Below the pieces are notes generated by a model, which was not told the DNA's origin, ran no database searches, and saw nothing but the letters and a program-made list of their open reading frames with translations. A program made the translations under genes and the position numbers. A stretch of DNA of 64,000 nucleotides from an uncultured delta proteobacterium (GTDB lineage Bacteria; Myxococcota; Myxococcia; Myxococcales; Anaeromyxobacteraceae), in assembly GCA_963814585.1 (NCBI GenBank), contig CAWFDF010000011.1, forward strand, positions 96,001 to 160,000. Reading direction: 5' to 3'. Numbering within the stretch: position 1 is the first letter of the stretch; the number at the start of each line of letters is the position of its first letter. Positions 1 to 8,617 of the stretch are shown in pieces.

Positions 1-132
1 TCGAGCCGCGCCTCGCAGGCCACGGCGTGGCGCAGGAAGACGCGCCGCTGCGGCCGCCGCCAGCGCTGCCTGGCGCGGAGCGCCAGCTCCCGGAGCCAGA
101 CCCGCGCGGCGTCGAGCCGGGTGGGGGGAGGC

Positions 133-957
133 CTATCGCGCACGGGACCCCACGTTGGGCAGCACCACGGTGGCGCCGGTGGCGCCGTTCTCGCCGCGCC
201 AGACCGGGACGCCCCACACCTCGCGGACCCGCTCCTCGGTCAGCACCTCGCCCGGCGCGCCCGAGGCCACCACCCGCCCGTCGCGGAGCGCCACCAGCCG
301 GTCGCAGGCCGCCGCCGCCAGGTTGAGGTCATGGAGCACCGCCACCACACAGAGGCCGCCGCGCGCCGCCAGCCGGGCCATCTCCATGGCCGCCACCTGG
401 TGGGCGAGGTCGAGGAAGGCGGTGGGCTCGTCGAGCAGGAGCACGCGCGGCTCCTGGGCCAGGGCGCGGGCGAAGAAGACGCGCCGCCGCTCGCCGCCGG
501 AGAGGGCGTCGACGCGCCGCCCCGCCAGGTGGAGGAGGTCGCAGGCGGCCAGCGCCCCCTCGACGGCGCCGAGGTCGTCGCGTCCGGCCACGCCCAGCAG
601 CCCCTGGCGCGCCGAGCGGCCCATCATCACCACGTCGCGGACGGTGAAGGGCCAGTCGAGGCGGGGCTCCTGCGGGACCAGCGCGCAGACCCGGGCCACC
701 AGCCGCCGGGGCGCGGCGTGCGGATCGAAGCCGGCCAGCCGCACCGTCCCGGCGGACGGCGCCAGCAGCCCGGCCACCAGGCGGATGAGCGTGGACTTGC
801 CGGCGCCGTTGGGGCCGAGCAGCCCGACGAACTCGCCCTCGCGCGCCGAGAAGGAGACGCCGTCGACGGCGACCCGCGAGCCGTAGGCGTGGCGCGCCCC
901 GCGCACCTCGACGATGGGGTCGGGCCACGGGGGCCCTGGCAGCCGGTGGGGGCTCAT
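133..957 (-). CDS. Cobalamin/Fe-siderophore ABC transporter ATP-binding protein (BtuD/FecE-like)
   Basis: Walker A GPNGAGKST, signature LSGGE, Walker B LLLDEPT, VLHDLNLA; last gene of the riboswitch-controlled operon. Confidence 0.9.
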   Translation of the reverse strand: MSPHRLPGPPWPDPIVEVRGARHAYGSRVAVDGVSFSAREGEFVGLLGPNGAGKSTLIRLVAGLLAPSAGTVRLAGFDPHAAPRRLVARVCALVPQEPRLDWPFTVRDVVMMGRSARQGLLGVAGRDDLGAVEGALAACDLLHLAGRRVDALSGGERRRVFFARALAQEPRVLLLDEPTAFLDLAHQVAAMEMARLAARGGLCVVAVLHDLNLAAAACDRLVALRDGRVVASGAPGEVLTEERVREVWGVPVWRGENGATGATVVLPNVGSRAR

Positions 958-2000
958 GCCGCCCCCTCGCCCTGCTGGCGCGCCTGCCGCCGCAGCAGCC
1001 AGAGGAAGAACGGCCCGCCCAGGAAGGCGGTCACCGCGCCCACCGGGGGCTCGGTGCCGAGCGGCAGGAAGGCGAGCCGGGCCAGGGCGTCGGCGGCCAC
1101 CAGGAAGGCGGCGCCGAAGAGCGCCGAAGCCGGGAGCAGCAGCCGGTGGTCGGGGCCGACCAGGCGTCGCACCAGGTGCGGGACGATCAGGCCGACGAAG
1201 CCCACCATCCCGGCCAGCGCCACCGCGGCGCCGGTGGCGGCGGAGGCGGCGAAGAAGACCAGCGCCCGGGTGCGCCGGACGTCGACGCCGAGCGAGGCGG
1301 CCTCCTCGTCGCCGAGGGTGAGCAGGTTGAGCCGCGCCGAGAGCAGCCCCAGCGCTCCCACCGAGAGGAGGACCAGCACCGTCCCCACCGCCAGCGTGGC
1401 GGGCGTCTCGTAGCCGATGGCCCCCATCAGCCAGTAGAGGAGCCGCGAGGCCTGGTCGGGCGGCGCCAGCATCTTGAGCAGCGTGATGACGCCGGCCACG
1501 AAGGCGTTGAAGACGATGCCGACCAGCAGCGCCGCCTCGGGGACCAGCCGGCCGCCGATCCGACCCAGGCCGAAGACCAGGCCGGTGGCGAGGATGGCCC
1601 CGGCCACGGCCCCGACCGCCACCGGCGGCGCCGACCCGAGCAGGGCGCCGGCCGGGCCGGCCACCGAGGAGAGGCCGGCCGCGGCCAGCAGCACCAGCGT
1701 CCCGCCCAGCGCCGCCCCGCCCGAGACGCCCAGCACGAACGGCTCGGCCAGCGGGTTTCGCAGCAGGGCCTGCAGCGCGGTCCCGGCGGCGGCCAGCGCG
1801 AAGCCGACCACCGCCGCCAGCGCGGCCCGCGGCAGCCGCAGCCCCAGGAGGATGGCCCGGTCCGGCTCGACGCCGTCGAGCGCGGCGCGGAGCGAGGTGG
1901 GCTGCGGGCCCAGCAGGCAGGAGGCCGCCACCGCGGCGAGGATGGCCGCCAGGCCGAGGCCGAGCGCCAGCAGCAGCCGGGTGCGGGAGGCGCCGCTCAC
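954..2000 (-). CDS. FecCD/BtuC-family ABC permease
   Basis: LRLPR, QALLRNPLAEP, GDEEAASLGV and GFVGLIVPH motifs; multiple TM helices; 4-bp overlaps with neighbours. Confidence 0.9.
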   Translation of the reverse strand: MSGASRTRLLLALGLGLAAILAAVAASCLLGPQPTSLRAALDGVEPDRAILLGLRLPRAALAAVVGFALAAAGTALQALLRNPLAEPFVLGVSGGAALGGTLVLLAAAGLSSVAGPAGALLGSAPPVAVGAVAGAILATGLVFGLGRIGGRLVPEAALLVGIVFNAFVAGVITLLKMLAPPDQASRLLYWLMGAIGYETPATLAVGTVLVLLSVGALGLLSARLNLLTLGDEEAASLGVDVRRTRALVFFAASAATGAAVALAGMVGFVGLIVPHLVRRLVGPDHRLLLPASALFGAAFLVAADALARLAFLPLGTEPPVGAVTAFLGGPFFLWLLRRQARQQGEGAA

Positions 2001-2932
2001 CGGGGCGCCGCTCCCCGGAGCGCCTGCTCCAGATCCGCGAGCGCCTCGATCATCCGCGGTCCGGCCCGCAGCAGGTCGTCGCGCGGCAGCCTCGCCACGG
2101 CGCCGCGCCTCACCGCGGGGATGGCCGCCAGCCTGGAGATGCCGGCGGCCGGCTCGTCGAAGGCCGCGTCGATGACCAGGTCGGGGTTGGCCGCGACGGC
2201 CAGCTCCAGCGGGTAGACCGGCCAGGGGCGGGAGCCGCCCACGGCGTTGTCGGCGCCGGCCAGCCGGAGCAGCTCGTCGGGGAAGGATCCAGGCCCGGCC
2301 ACCACCAGCGGCTCGCGTCCCACCACGAAGAGCACCCGAGGGTGGGGCCGGCCTGCCGAGGCGGCCTGGAGGCGATCGAGCGAGCCCTGCAGCCGCGCCG
2401 CCAGCGCGGCGCCGGCCGCCGGCTCGCCGATGGCCTCGCCCACCAGCCTGGCGGCGGCGGGGACGTCGGCGACGGCGACCACCGGGATGGCGAGGATGGC
2501 GAAGGAGCCGCTCGAGAGCTCGGCGAGCCGCCGCACCGCCGCCAGGGCGCCCCCGTCGGTGACCCAGAGGACGAGGTCGGGCCTGAGCCCCAGCACCGCC
2601 TCCGGCGACGGGTCGAGGAAGCCCCCCACGCGCGGGCGCGCCGCCACCTCGGGCGCGCGGTCCACGCGCGTCACCCCGACGATGCGGTCGGCCGCGCCGA
2701 GCGCGACCAGGTAGTCGGTCATGCTCGGCGCCAGGGTCACGATCCTCCTCGCGCCGCCGGCCGGCGGGCGTCCCACCCAGATGGCTCCACCCGCCGCGGC
2801 GCCCCTGGAGGTGACCGGCAGGAGCTCGGGCGCCGCCCCGGGAGCCAGGCCGGGTACCGGGGCGGTCGCCCCCACGGGCCAGGCGGAGAGCGCGGCGGCG
2901 AGGAGCAGGGCGGGACGGAGCAGCCTCTTCAT
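1997..2932 (-). CDS. Periplasmic cobalamin-binding protein (BtuF-like)
   Basis: Signal peptide MKRLLRPALLLAAA; RIVTLAPSMT, EAVLGLRPDLV, LLRAGPR; ATG overlaps upstream TGA (ATGA). Confidence 0.85.
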   Translation of the reverse strand: MKRLLRPALLLAAALSAWPVGATAPVPGLAPGAAPELLPVTSRGAAAGGAIWVGRPPAGGARRIVTLAPSMTDYLVALGAADRIVGVTRVDRAPEVAARPRVGGFLDPSPEAVLGLRPDLVLWVTDGGALAAVRRLAELSSGSFAILAIPVVAVADVPAAARLVGEAIGEPAAGAALAARLQGSLDRLQAASAGRPHPRVLFVVGREPLVVAGPGSFPDELLRLAGADNAVGGSRPWPVYPLELAVAANPDLVIDAAFDEPAAGISRLAAIPAVRRGAVARLPRDDLLRAGPRMIEALADLEQALRGAAPR

Positions 2933-4275
2933 GGGCGGGTGGCGCAGGCGACGTCGGCGGCCCAGGCGTAGCCCCAGGTTCCGGCGCTGGCCGGGCAGAC
3001 CGTCGTCGGCGCGGCGGGCGAGGCGGCGTAGTTCACGGGGTCGAAGGGGTAGACGTCCCCGCTCCACTGGTCGGTGACGAAGCCATGATCGCCGCAGAAT
3101 GCCACGTTCCCGGGGACCAGGAAGGCGGGCGTGACGTGGAGCTCGCTCACCACGGGCGCCGGGCCGCCGAGCGCCACCTCGACGAGCCCGCCGGTGCCGC
3201 ACGCGATCCAGAGCGTGCCGGCGCGCAGGGCGATGCCTCCGGGGTTGCCGCAGGCCGCTCCGAGCGGGAGGTAGCCGACCGACGGTCCGGCCGGGTCGAC
3301 GATGGCCAGCCTTCCAGGGCCGGCCGGATCGGTGAAGTAGCCGGAGGATCCCTTCTTCAGGTTGGCCAGCACCACGTAGACCTTGCCGCCGTGGGCGACG
3401 GAGCGGCCGGGGAAGGGGAGGGCGCCGGCGTCGGGGCCGGCCCCGACGGCGACGTCGAGGTAGCTCGGTGCGCCCAGGCAGGGGAGGGGCGAACCCGCCA
3501 CGCCGCAGGTGCCGAGGCCGGCGGCGTCGAGCACGGCGATCTTCTGGCCCAGCGCTGGATTCCCGCTGACGGCGTCGCCCTGGAGCGAGACGAAGGCCTT
3601 CTCTCCACCGCCGGGCGCTGCTGCGAAGGCGATGCCCTTGATGTTCTCACCGGCCGAGGTGCCGACCGGGACCTCGCCGGCCACGTTGCCGGTGGCCGGG
3701 TCGACGATCACCACCGTGCCGGCCCCGGCGCTGGAGATGAGCAGCATGCCGGCGTGGGCGGTGATGTACTCGAAGTCACTGCCGTGGAGCAGGTACTCGA
3801 CCGGCGCCGCGGCCAGGTCGAAGGGGAGGCGGGCCAGCGAGCCGGAGAGCGAGGCGGCGGCCCAGGTGTCGGCGCCGAGCGTGGTGAGGGCGATGGGGCC
3901 GACGCCGGCGGCGCGGGGGGCCGAGCCGGAGGTGAGGTCGAGCGGCTCCACGGCACGCACCTCGTCGACGGAGAAGCAGGCCACCTGGAGCGAGGTGCAG
4001 GCGCCGGAGAGGCAGGACTCACCCGGCAGGCAGGCCCGTCCGACCGCGCCGCAGTTGGCCCGATCGGTGTCGAGGGCCACGCAGACTCCGGCCTTGCAGC
4101 TGGCGCCGCCGGCGCAGGGGGTGCCGCAGGCGCCGCAGTTGGCGGCGTCGACGGACGGGTCGACGCAAGCGCCGCTGCAGACGAACTCTCCGGCCGGGCA
4201 GGTGATTTCCTTCTGGCAGGCGGAGAGGGCGGTGAGGGTGACGAGCAGGAGGGCGAGCTGGAGCGAGCGGCTCAT
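2929..4275 (-). CDS. Cys-rich lipoprotein with probable beta-propeller (myxobacterial type) in the B12 operon
   Basis: Lipobox LSAC, two D-x2-NCGAxG-x2-C repeats, then beta-strand-rich repeats; ATGA-coupled to the TonB receptor. Confidence 0.75.
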   Translation of the reverse strand: MSRSLQLALLLVTLTALSACQKEITCPAGEFVCSGACVDPSVDAANCGACGTPCAGGASCKAGVCVALDTDRANCGAVGRACLPGESCLSGACTSLQVACFSVDEVRAVEPLDLTSGSAPRAAGVGPIALTTLGADTWAAASLSGSLARLPFDLAAAPVEYLLHGSDFEYITAHAGMLLISSAGAGTVVIVDPATGNVAGEVPVGTSAGENIKGIAFAAAPGGGEKAFVSLQGDAVSGNPALGQKIAVLDAAGLGTCGVAGSPLPCLGAPSYLDVAVGAGPDAGALPFPGRSVAHGGKVYVVLANLKKGSSGYFTDPAGPGRLAIVDPAGPSVGYLPLGAACGNPGGIALRAGTLWIACGTGGLVEVALGGPAPVVSELHVTPAFLVPGNVAFCGDHGFVTDQWSGDVYPFDPVNYAASPAAPTTVCPASAGTWGYAWAADVACATRP

Positions 4276-6199
4276 GGCGTTCCTTCGGTGGGTGACGGGG
4301 GATGGGGGGAGCCGGCGCGGAGCGTGAGCAGCACCAGCCGGGAGGGGAGGGGGTTGCCGAGGCCGTCGTTGAGGGTGCGGTCGTCGAGGAGGTTCCTCAC
4401 CTCGAGGTGGAGGCTCATCCCGAGCGACCGGGCGAGGTGGAGCGCGGCGCCGGCATTCCAGGCCAGCGTGGCCGGGATCGGCTCGAGGTTGCGCCGGTCG
4501 CTGTAGCGGAGACTCACGTAGTGGGCCTCGACGTGGAGCTCGAACGGCCCGGGCGACGAGCTGGCCCGGGCGTAGAGCCGGTGGCGCGCCCGGTAGGGGA
4601 TCTGGTTCCCCACCACGTCCGGCGCCCCCTGGAGCAGCTCGGTGAAGAGCCAGGTGTAGGCGCCGGAGAGCGTGGCGCGCGCCGGCCCGAGCCCGGGGGC
4701 GGTGGCCAGCTCGGCCTCCAGGCCGGCCACGAAGGCCTGCCCCTCGTTGAACGGCTTCAGGCGGCCCATCGAGGTCGGCAGGTAGAGGATCAGGTCCCGG
4801 TAGCGGGTGACGTGCCCTCCGAGCGTCGCCAGGCCGAGCCGGCCGTCGGCCACCAGGGAGGCGTCGGCGGCCAGCCCCGACTCCGGGGTGAGGCCGGGGT
4901 TGGGCATCACCAGCCCCTGCTGGTAGGAGAGCTCGGCCAGGCTGGGCGCCCGGAAGGTGCTCCCGGCGCTGGCCCGCAGCGACCAGGCCGGCCCGAGCCG
5001 CCAGGTGGCGCCGAGCTTGCCGGAGAGGCCGGTGAAGGGGCCGACGGCGTCGAGGCGCAGCGCCGGGGCGAGCCGCAGCCGGGCGCCGAGCAGGAGCAGG
5101 TCGTCGCCGACCGCCAGCCCGGTCGACCACCGGGAGGTGGTGGCCAGCCCCTGCGACTCGATGGACTCGAGCTCGGTCGAGAGCTGGGCGGAGAGCCGTC
5201 CGCCCGGGTGGTCCACGCCGAGCTCGGCGGCCCCTCCGAGGGCGACGCCGCGCTGGTCGTAGGGCGTGGGGTCGCCCACGCGGACCTCCAGCCGGTCGAG
5301 CCGCCCGCTCATCCGGCCGCCGAGCGTGAGGCCCGCCGAGGTGGTGCGGAAGTAGTGCACCGCCAGCAGCAGCCGCCCGTCACGCTGCCAGTCGTCGGGC
5401 GTCGGGTTGCTGGCGAAGCCGGGCAGGCCCCGGTCTCCGGCCGAGGCCTGCAGCAGGGTGTCGAGCCAGCCACCGAGGACCGGCACCGAGAGCCGGGCCA
5501 GCGCCCCGGCCCGGGTGGCGGCGGCGTTCTCGCGCACCCGCGGCTCGAGCGCGATCGCCGGGGAGCGGTGGGGGTCTGGTCGTGGAGGTAGGGGAAGTCG
5601 CCCTGCGTGGTGTCGCCGCTGGCGGCCAGCAGCAGCGTGCCGCCCAGCACCGCCACCGCCCCGTCGGCGGCGAGCGAGCCGGTCGTGAAGGAGCCGCCGG
5701 TCGCCTCGGCCGACCACTCGCCGGCGGCGGCCCTCCGGGTGACGACGTTGACCACCCCGCCGAGCGCGCCGGCGCCGTAGAGGGCCCCCTCCGGGCCGCG
5801 CAGCACCTCGATCCGGTCGATCCAGCCGCGCGGGATCGAGGAGAGGTCGACCGCGCCGCCGAAGGCCGAGTTGAGGGGCAGCCCGTCGAGCAGCACCAGC
5901 ACGCCGTCGGCGGTGGAGCCGCGGATGGAGACCGTGGTGAGCTGCCCGAGGCCGCCGTAGTCGTTGACCGCCACCCCGGGCGAGGTGGCCACCAGCTGGG
6001 CCACGTCCTTGGCCTCGCCGGCGAAGCGCGAGGCCTCGACGATGGTGGCCGCGCCGGTCGGATCGCCCGGCGCCTCGGTGCGACGGGGCCGGACCACCTG
6101 CTCCTCCATGAGGACGGGCGGCGGCTCCTCGGCACGAGGGCTCGCTGCGACACAGAGTGAAAGGGCGAGGACGCCCAGGGCATGGATCTTCGAGCGCAG
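4272..6199 (-). CDS. btuB: TonB-dependent cobalamin receptor (BtuB-like), frameshifted near 5550-5570
   Basis: Plug motifs SIRGS, VLLDG, IDRIEVLRGPEGALYG in one frame; barrel motifs TFRAPSLAEL, NPGLTPE, EVRNLLD in another; downstream of a B12 riboswitch; start uncertain (possible CTG after AAGGAG). Confidence 0.8.
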
Positions 6200-6257
6200 A
6201 GCCGCGCGTCTCCTTCGGACGCGACAACCTCGGCCACGGCGGCATGCCGTGGCCTGC

Positions 6258-6450
6258 TCGAAGGGAGGTCTCCTGGCTCCCGGGGCCGCGCACGACGGAG
6301 GTCCGTCGCCGCTCGCCGCCTCCCACCTTCCCACCGCTCGGACGGCCGCGGCAGTGGTGACAACCCTGGAGGCGACTCCTCCCCGGCTACAGTGGCGGGA
6401 CCGCGCCGGCTTCTGACCGGACTTCCCTGTTCCTCCGAGCGGGTGCTGCA
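6258..6450 (-). ncRNA. Cobalamin (B12) riboswitch
   Basis: Minus strand reads AGGGAAGTCCGGTCAGAAGCCGGCGCGGTCCCGCCACTGT...CACTG...GGGAAGG...GAGCCAGGAGACCT, the conserved B12-element blocks, upstream of a TonB receptor. Confidence 0.95.
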
Positions 6451-6456
6451 GATCAC

Positions 6457-6485
6457 TCGGTACCGGAGCCGACGCGGGACGTCAA
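6457..6485 (-). promoter_or_regulatory. Putative sigma70 promoter of the btu operon
   Basis: TTGACG-N17-TACCGA immediately 5' of the riboswitch. Confidence 0.5.
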
Positions 6486-6582
6486 GGCTGGACTCTCGAC
6501 CCGGACCTCGGGCAGGACGTGCGCGGCACCGGAGAGGAGGGAGATCCGGGTGCCTGGCGCACGCCCTGCCGAGGGGCGAGCG

Positions 6583-6933
6583 TCACCTCCGCGTGGCGGT
6601 GGGCGAGGCGGCGACCGCCGCTGCGGCGCCGGCGGACGGCGGCGCGCCGACCACCAGGTGGGCCTTCACCTTGGCGAACCAGGCCGGCCCGAGCCCCTTC
6701 ACCGCCACCACGTCCTCGGGCTTCCGGAAGGGCTGGCGGCTGCGCAGCGCCACGATGGCCTGCGCCTTCTTCTGGCCGACGCCGGGGAGCCGCATCAGCT
6801 CGACGGCGCTGGCCCGGTTGAGGTCGATCCGGTCGTTGGGGCCGAGCGCCTTCTTGGTGGTGAAGGCGGCCGAGGCGGGGAGGGCCGCCGAGAGCCCGGC
6901 CACCGCCAGCAGGACCTGGAGCAGCCGCCTCAC
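6583..6933 (-). CDS. comEA: ComEA-family helix-hairpin-helix DNA-binding protein
   Basis: Signal peptide, IDLNRASAVELMRLPGVGQKKAQAIV and VKGLG HhH motifs; GTGA overlap with upstream gene. Confidence 0.85.
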   Translation of the reverse strand: MRRLLQVLLAVAGLSAALPASAAFTTKKALGPNDRIDLNRASAVELMRLPGVGQKKAQAIVALRSRQPFRKPEDVVAVKGLGPAWFAKVKAHLVVGAPPSAGAAAAVAASPTATRR

Positions 6934-7187
6934 GGCCGCGCCTCCTCGCCGCGCTTGCCGGCGCCGTTGGCCGGGGCGGCGGCGCCGGGGCGCGCCTCCT
7001 CGCGCGGCTCGCGGACCTGCAGCTTGTTGGTCCCGAGGGGCAGCGCGTCGAGGTAGATGGCGATGCTGCCGTCCCGGTTGGTGAAGGCCATGCCGATCTT
7101 CTGCCACCAGGCGGCCCGGTCGCCGTCCTTCTCGTTGATGGCGTAGACCGCCAGCTTCTTGCCGCTCGCTTCCTTCTGCTCGCTCAT
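6930..7187 (-). CDS. Small conserved-looking hypothetical protein (WxxIGxAFxNxDGS...LDALP)
   Basis: GC3-biased codons, RBS-like AGGGAG, coupled to comEA. Confidence 0.75.
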   Translation of the reverse strand: MSEQKEASGKKLAVYAINEKDGDRAAWWQKIGMAFTNRDGSIAIYLDALPLGTNKLQVREPREEARPGAAAPANGAGKRGEEARP

Positions 7188-7230
7188 GTTCGCTCCCTGT
7201 TCGTGGTTGGCTGCTTCACGGGACGGGAAG

Positions 7231-7246
7231 AGCAGGCGGCGTGCCG
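7231..7246 (-). promoter_or_regulatory. Putative sigma54 (-24/-12) promoter
   Basis: CGGCACGCCGCCTGCT = GG-N10-GC about 45 bp upstream of the 7187 start. Confidence 0.55.
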
Positions 7247-7458
7247 CGGCCAAGCCTCCGAGATCACGGGGGGTGAGGCGGGGACGGATGTTCAGGTGGC
7301 GGACCTGCGGCCGCGGCGCGGACCACCAATCGCGCGCCCTTCAGGGCGCGCAATCCGGACCTTCGACCAGCCGAGTCAGGTCTTCCTGCCCTCGCCTCGC
7401 CTTCCCCCCAGTGGGAGGTGGCTTGCGCCGGCGTCACCAGAGACCGACGCCGACGCCG

Positions 7459-7767
7459 TCAATTCACCACGCCGCCCGGGAAGTGGGGGGCATCGCCGAG
7501 GTCGATGGTCCCGAAGCGGGCCTCGTACCGGGAGATGTTGTCCTGGATGGCCAGCAGCAGCCGCTTCATGTGCTTGGGCGAGGTGATGGCGCGGGCCCGC
7601 ACGGTGGCCTTGGGCGCCTGCGGCTGCACGTAGGCGAGGTCGAGGGTGAACTCGGTCTCGGTGTGGTTGACCATGGCCAGGTTGACGAAGGCCCCGTTGG
7701 CGGTCACCGGGTCGATCTCGATTTGGATCTGGATGGCGTGCTGAGCTGGGGTAGGCTTGTCGGACAT
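7459..7767 (-). CDS. DUF3467-like small protein
   Basis: IQIEID...GAFVNLAMVNHTETEFTLD...ARAITSPKHMKRLL...YEARFGTI pattern. Confidence 0.75.
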   Translation of the reverse strand: MSDKPTPAQHAIQIQIEIDPVTANGAFVNLAMVNHTETEFTLDLAYVQPQAPKATVRARAITSPKHMKRLLLAIQDNISRYEARFGTIDLGDAPHFPGGVVN

Positions 7768-7807
7768 GCGGATCTCGTATCACCCCGAGCGCCGCCCCGC
7801 GAGACCC

Positions 7808-8614
7808 GTGAGATCCGACCCGACCCCGACCTCCGAGCAGCTGGCCGCCATCGACGGAGGGCGCGAGCTCGACCTGCCCGGCGGACCGGACGCGGTGCTG
7901 CTCCTCCACGGCCTGACCGGCGCCCCGTTCGAGATGCACCACCTGGCGCTGCGGCTGGCCGCCCTGGGGTACCGCTGCCTGGCGCCGGTGATGGCCGGCC
8001 ACGGCCGCACGCCCGAGGACCTGGTCGGCATCCCCTGGACCGAGTGGGTGGCCCACGCCCGGCGCGACCTGGCCCGCCTCTCGGAGGCGCGCCGCGTCTT
8101 CGTGGCCGGCTCCTCGATGGGGGCGCTGGTGGCCTGCGCGCTGGCCCACGACCTGCCGGAGCGGGTCGAGGGGCTCGTCCTGCTGGCCCCGGCGCTGGAG
8201 CTGCAGGCCACCGGGAAGCTGGGCGGCCTGCTCGGGCGCAGCTCCCTGCTCTGGCGGAAGATCGTGCCCAAGGGCTCGGGCTCGGACGTCCGCGACCCGG
8301 AGATGAGGCGCCGCAACCCCTGCCTCACCGGCGTGCCGCTCGGCGCCGTGGCCGAGCTGCAGGCGCTGGGCGAGCGGGTCGACTCGCTGCTGCCGGGCGT
8401 CGCGGCGCCGGCGCTGGTGGTGTTCGGCGCCCAGGACCACACCGTGACCCTGGCGGGCGCCAAGCGGCTGGCGAAGCGGATCGGGAGCGGACCGGCCGAG
8501 TTCCTGCTGCTGCCGGACAGCTACCACCTGGTCGGGGTCGACGTGGAGCGGGAGCGCTGCGCCGACGCCGCGGTCCGGTTCCTCGCCTCGATCCAGGAGC
8601 AGGACCGGAGGTAG
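7808..8614 (+). CDS. Alpha/beta-hydrolase carboxylesterase (monoacylglycerol lipase/Est30-like)
   Basis: LLLHGLTG oxyanion motif, GSSMG nucleophile, D and H (SYHL) of the triad; start uncertain. Confidence 0.85.
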   Translation: MRSDPTPTSEQLAAIDGGRELDLPGGPDAVLLLHGLTGAPFEMHHLALRLAALGYRCLAPVMAGHGRTPEDLVGIPWTEWVAHARRDLARLSEARRVFVAGSSMGALVACALAHDLPERVEGLVLLAPALELQATGKLGGLLGRSSLLWRKIVPKGSGSDVRDPEMRRRNPCLTGVPLGAVAELQALGERVDSLLPGVAAPALVVFGAQDHTVTLAGAKRLAKRIGSGPAEFLLLPDSYHLVGVDVERERCADAAVRFLASIQEQDRR

Positions 8615-8617
8615 CGC

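Noticed and set aside
1..132. Possible minus-strand partial CDS with an RxxxR (PilZ-like) motif
   Set aside because: No clear start codon and truncated by the window edge; not supportable
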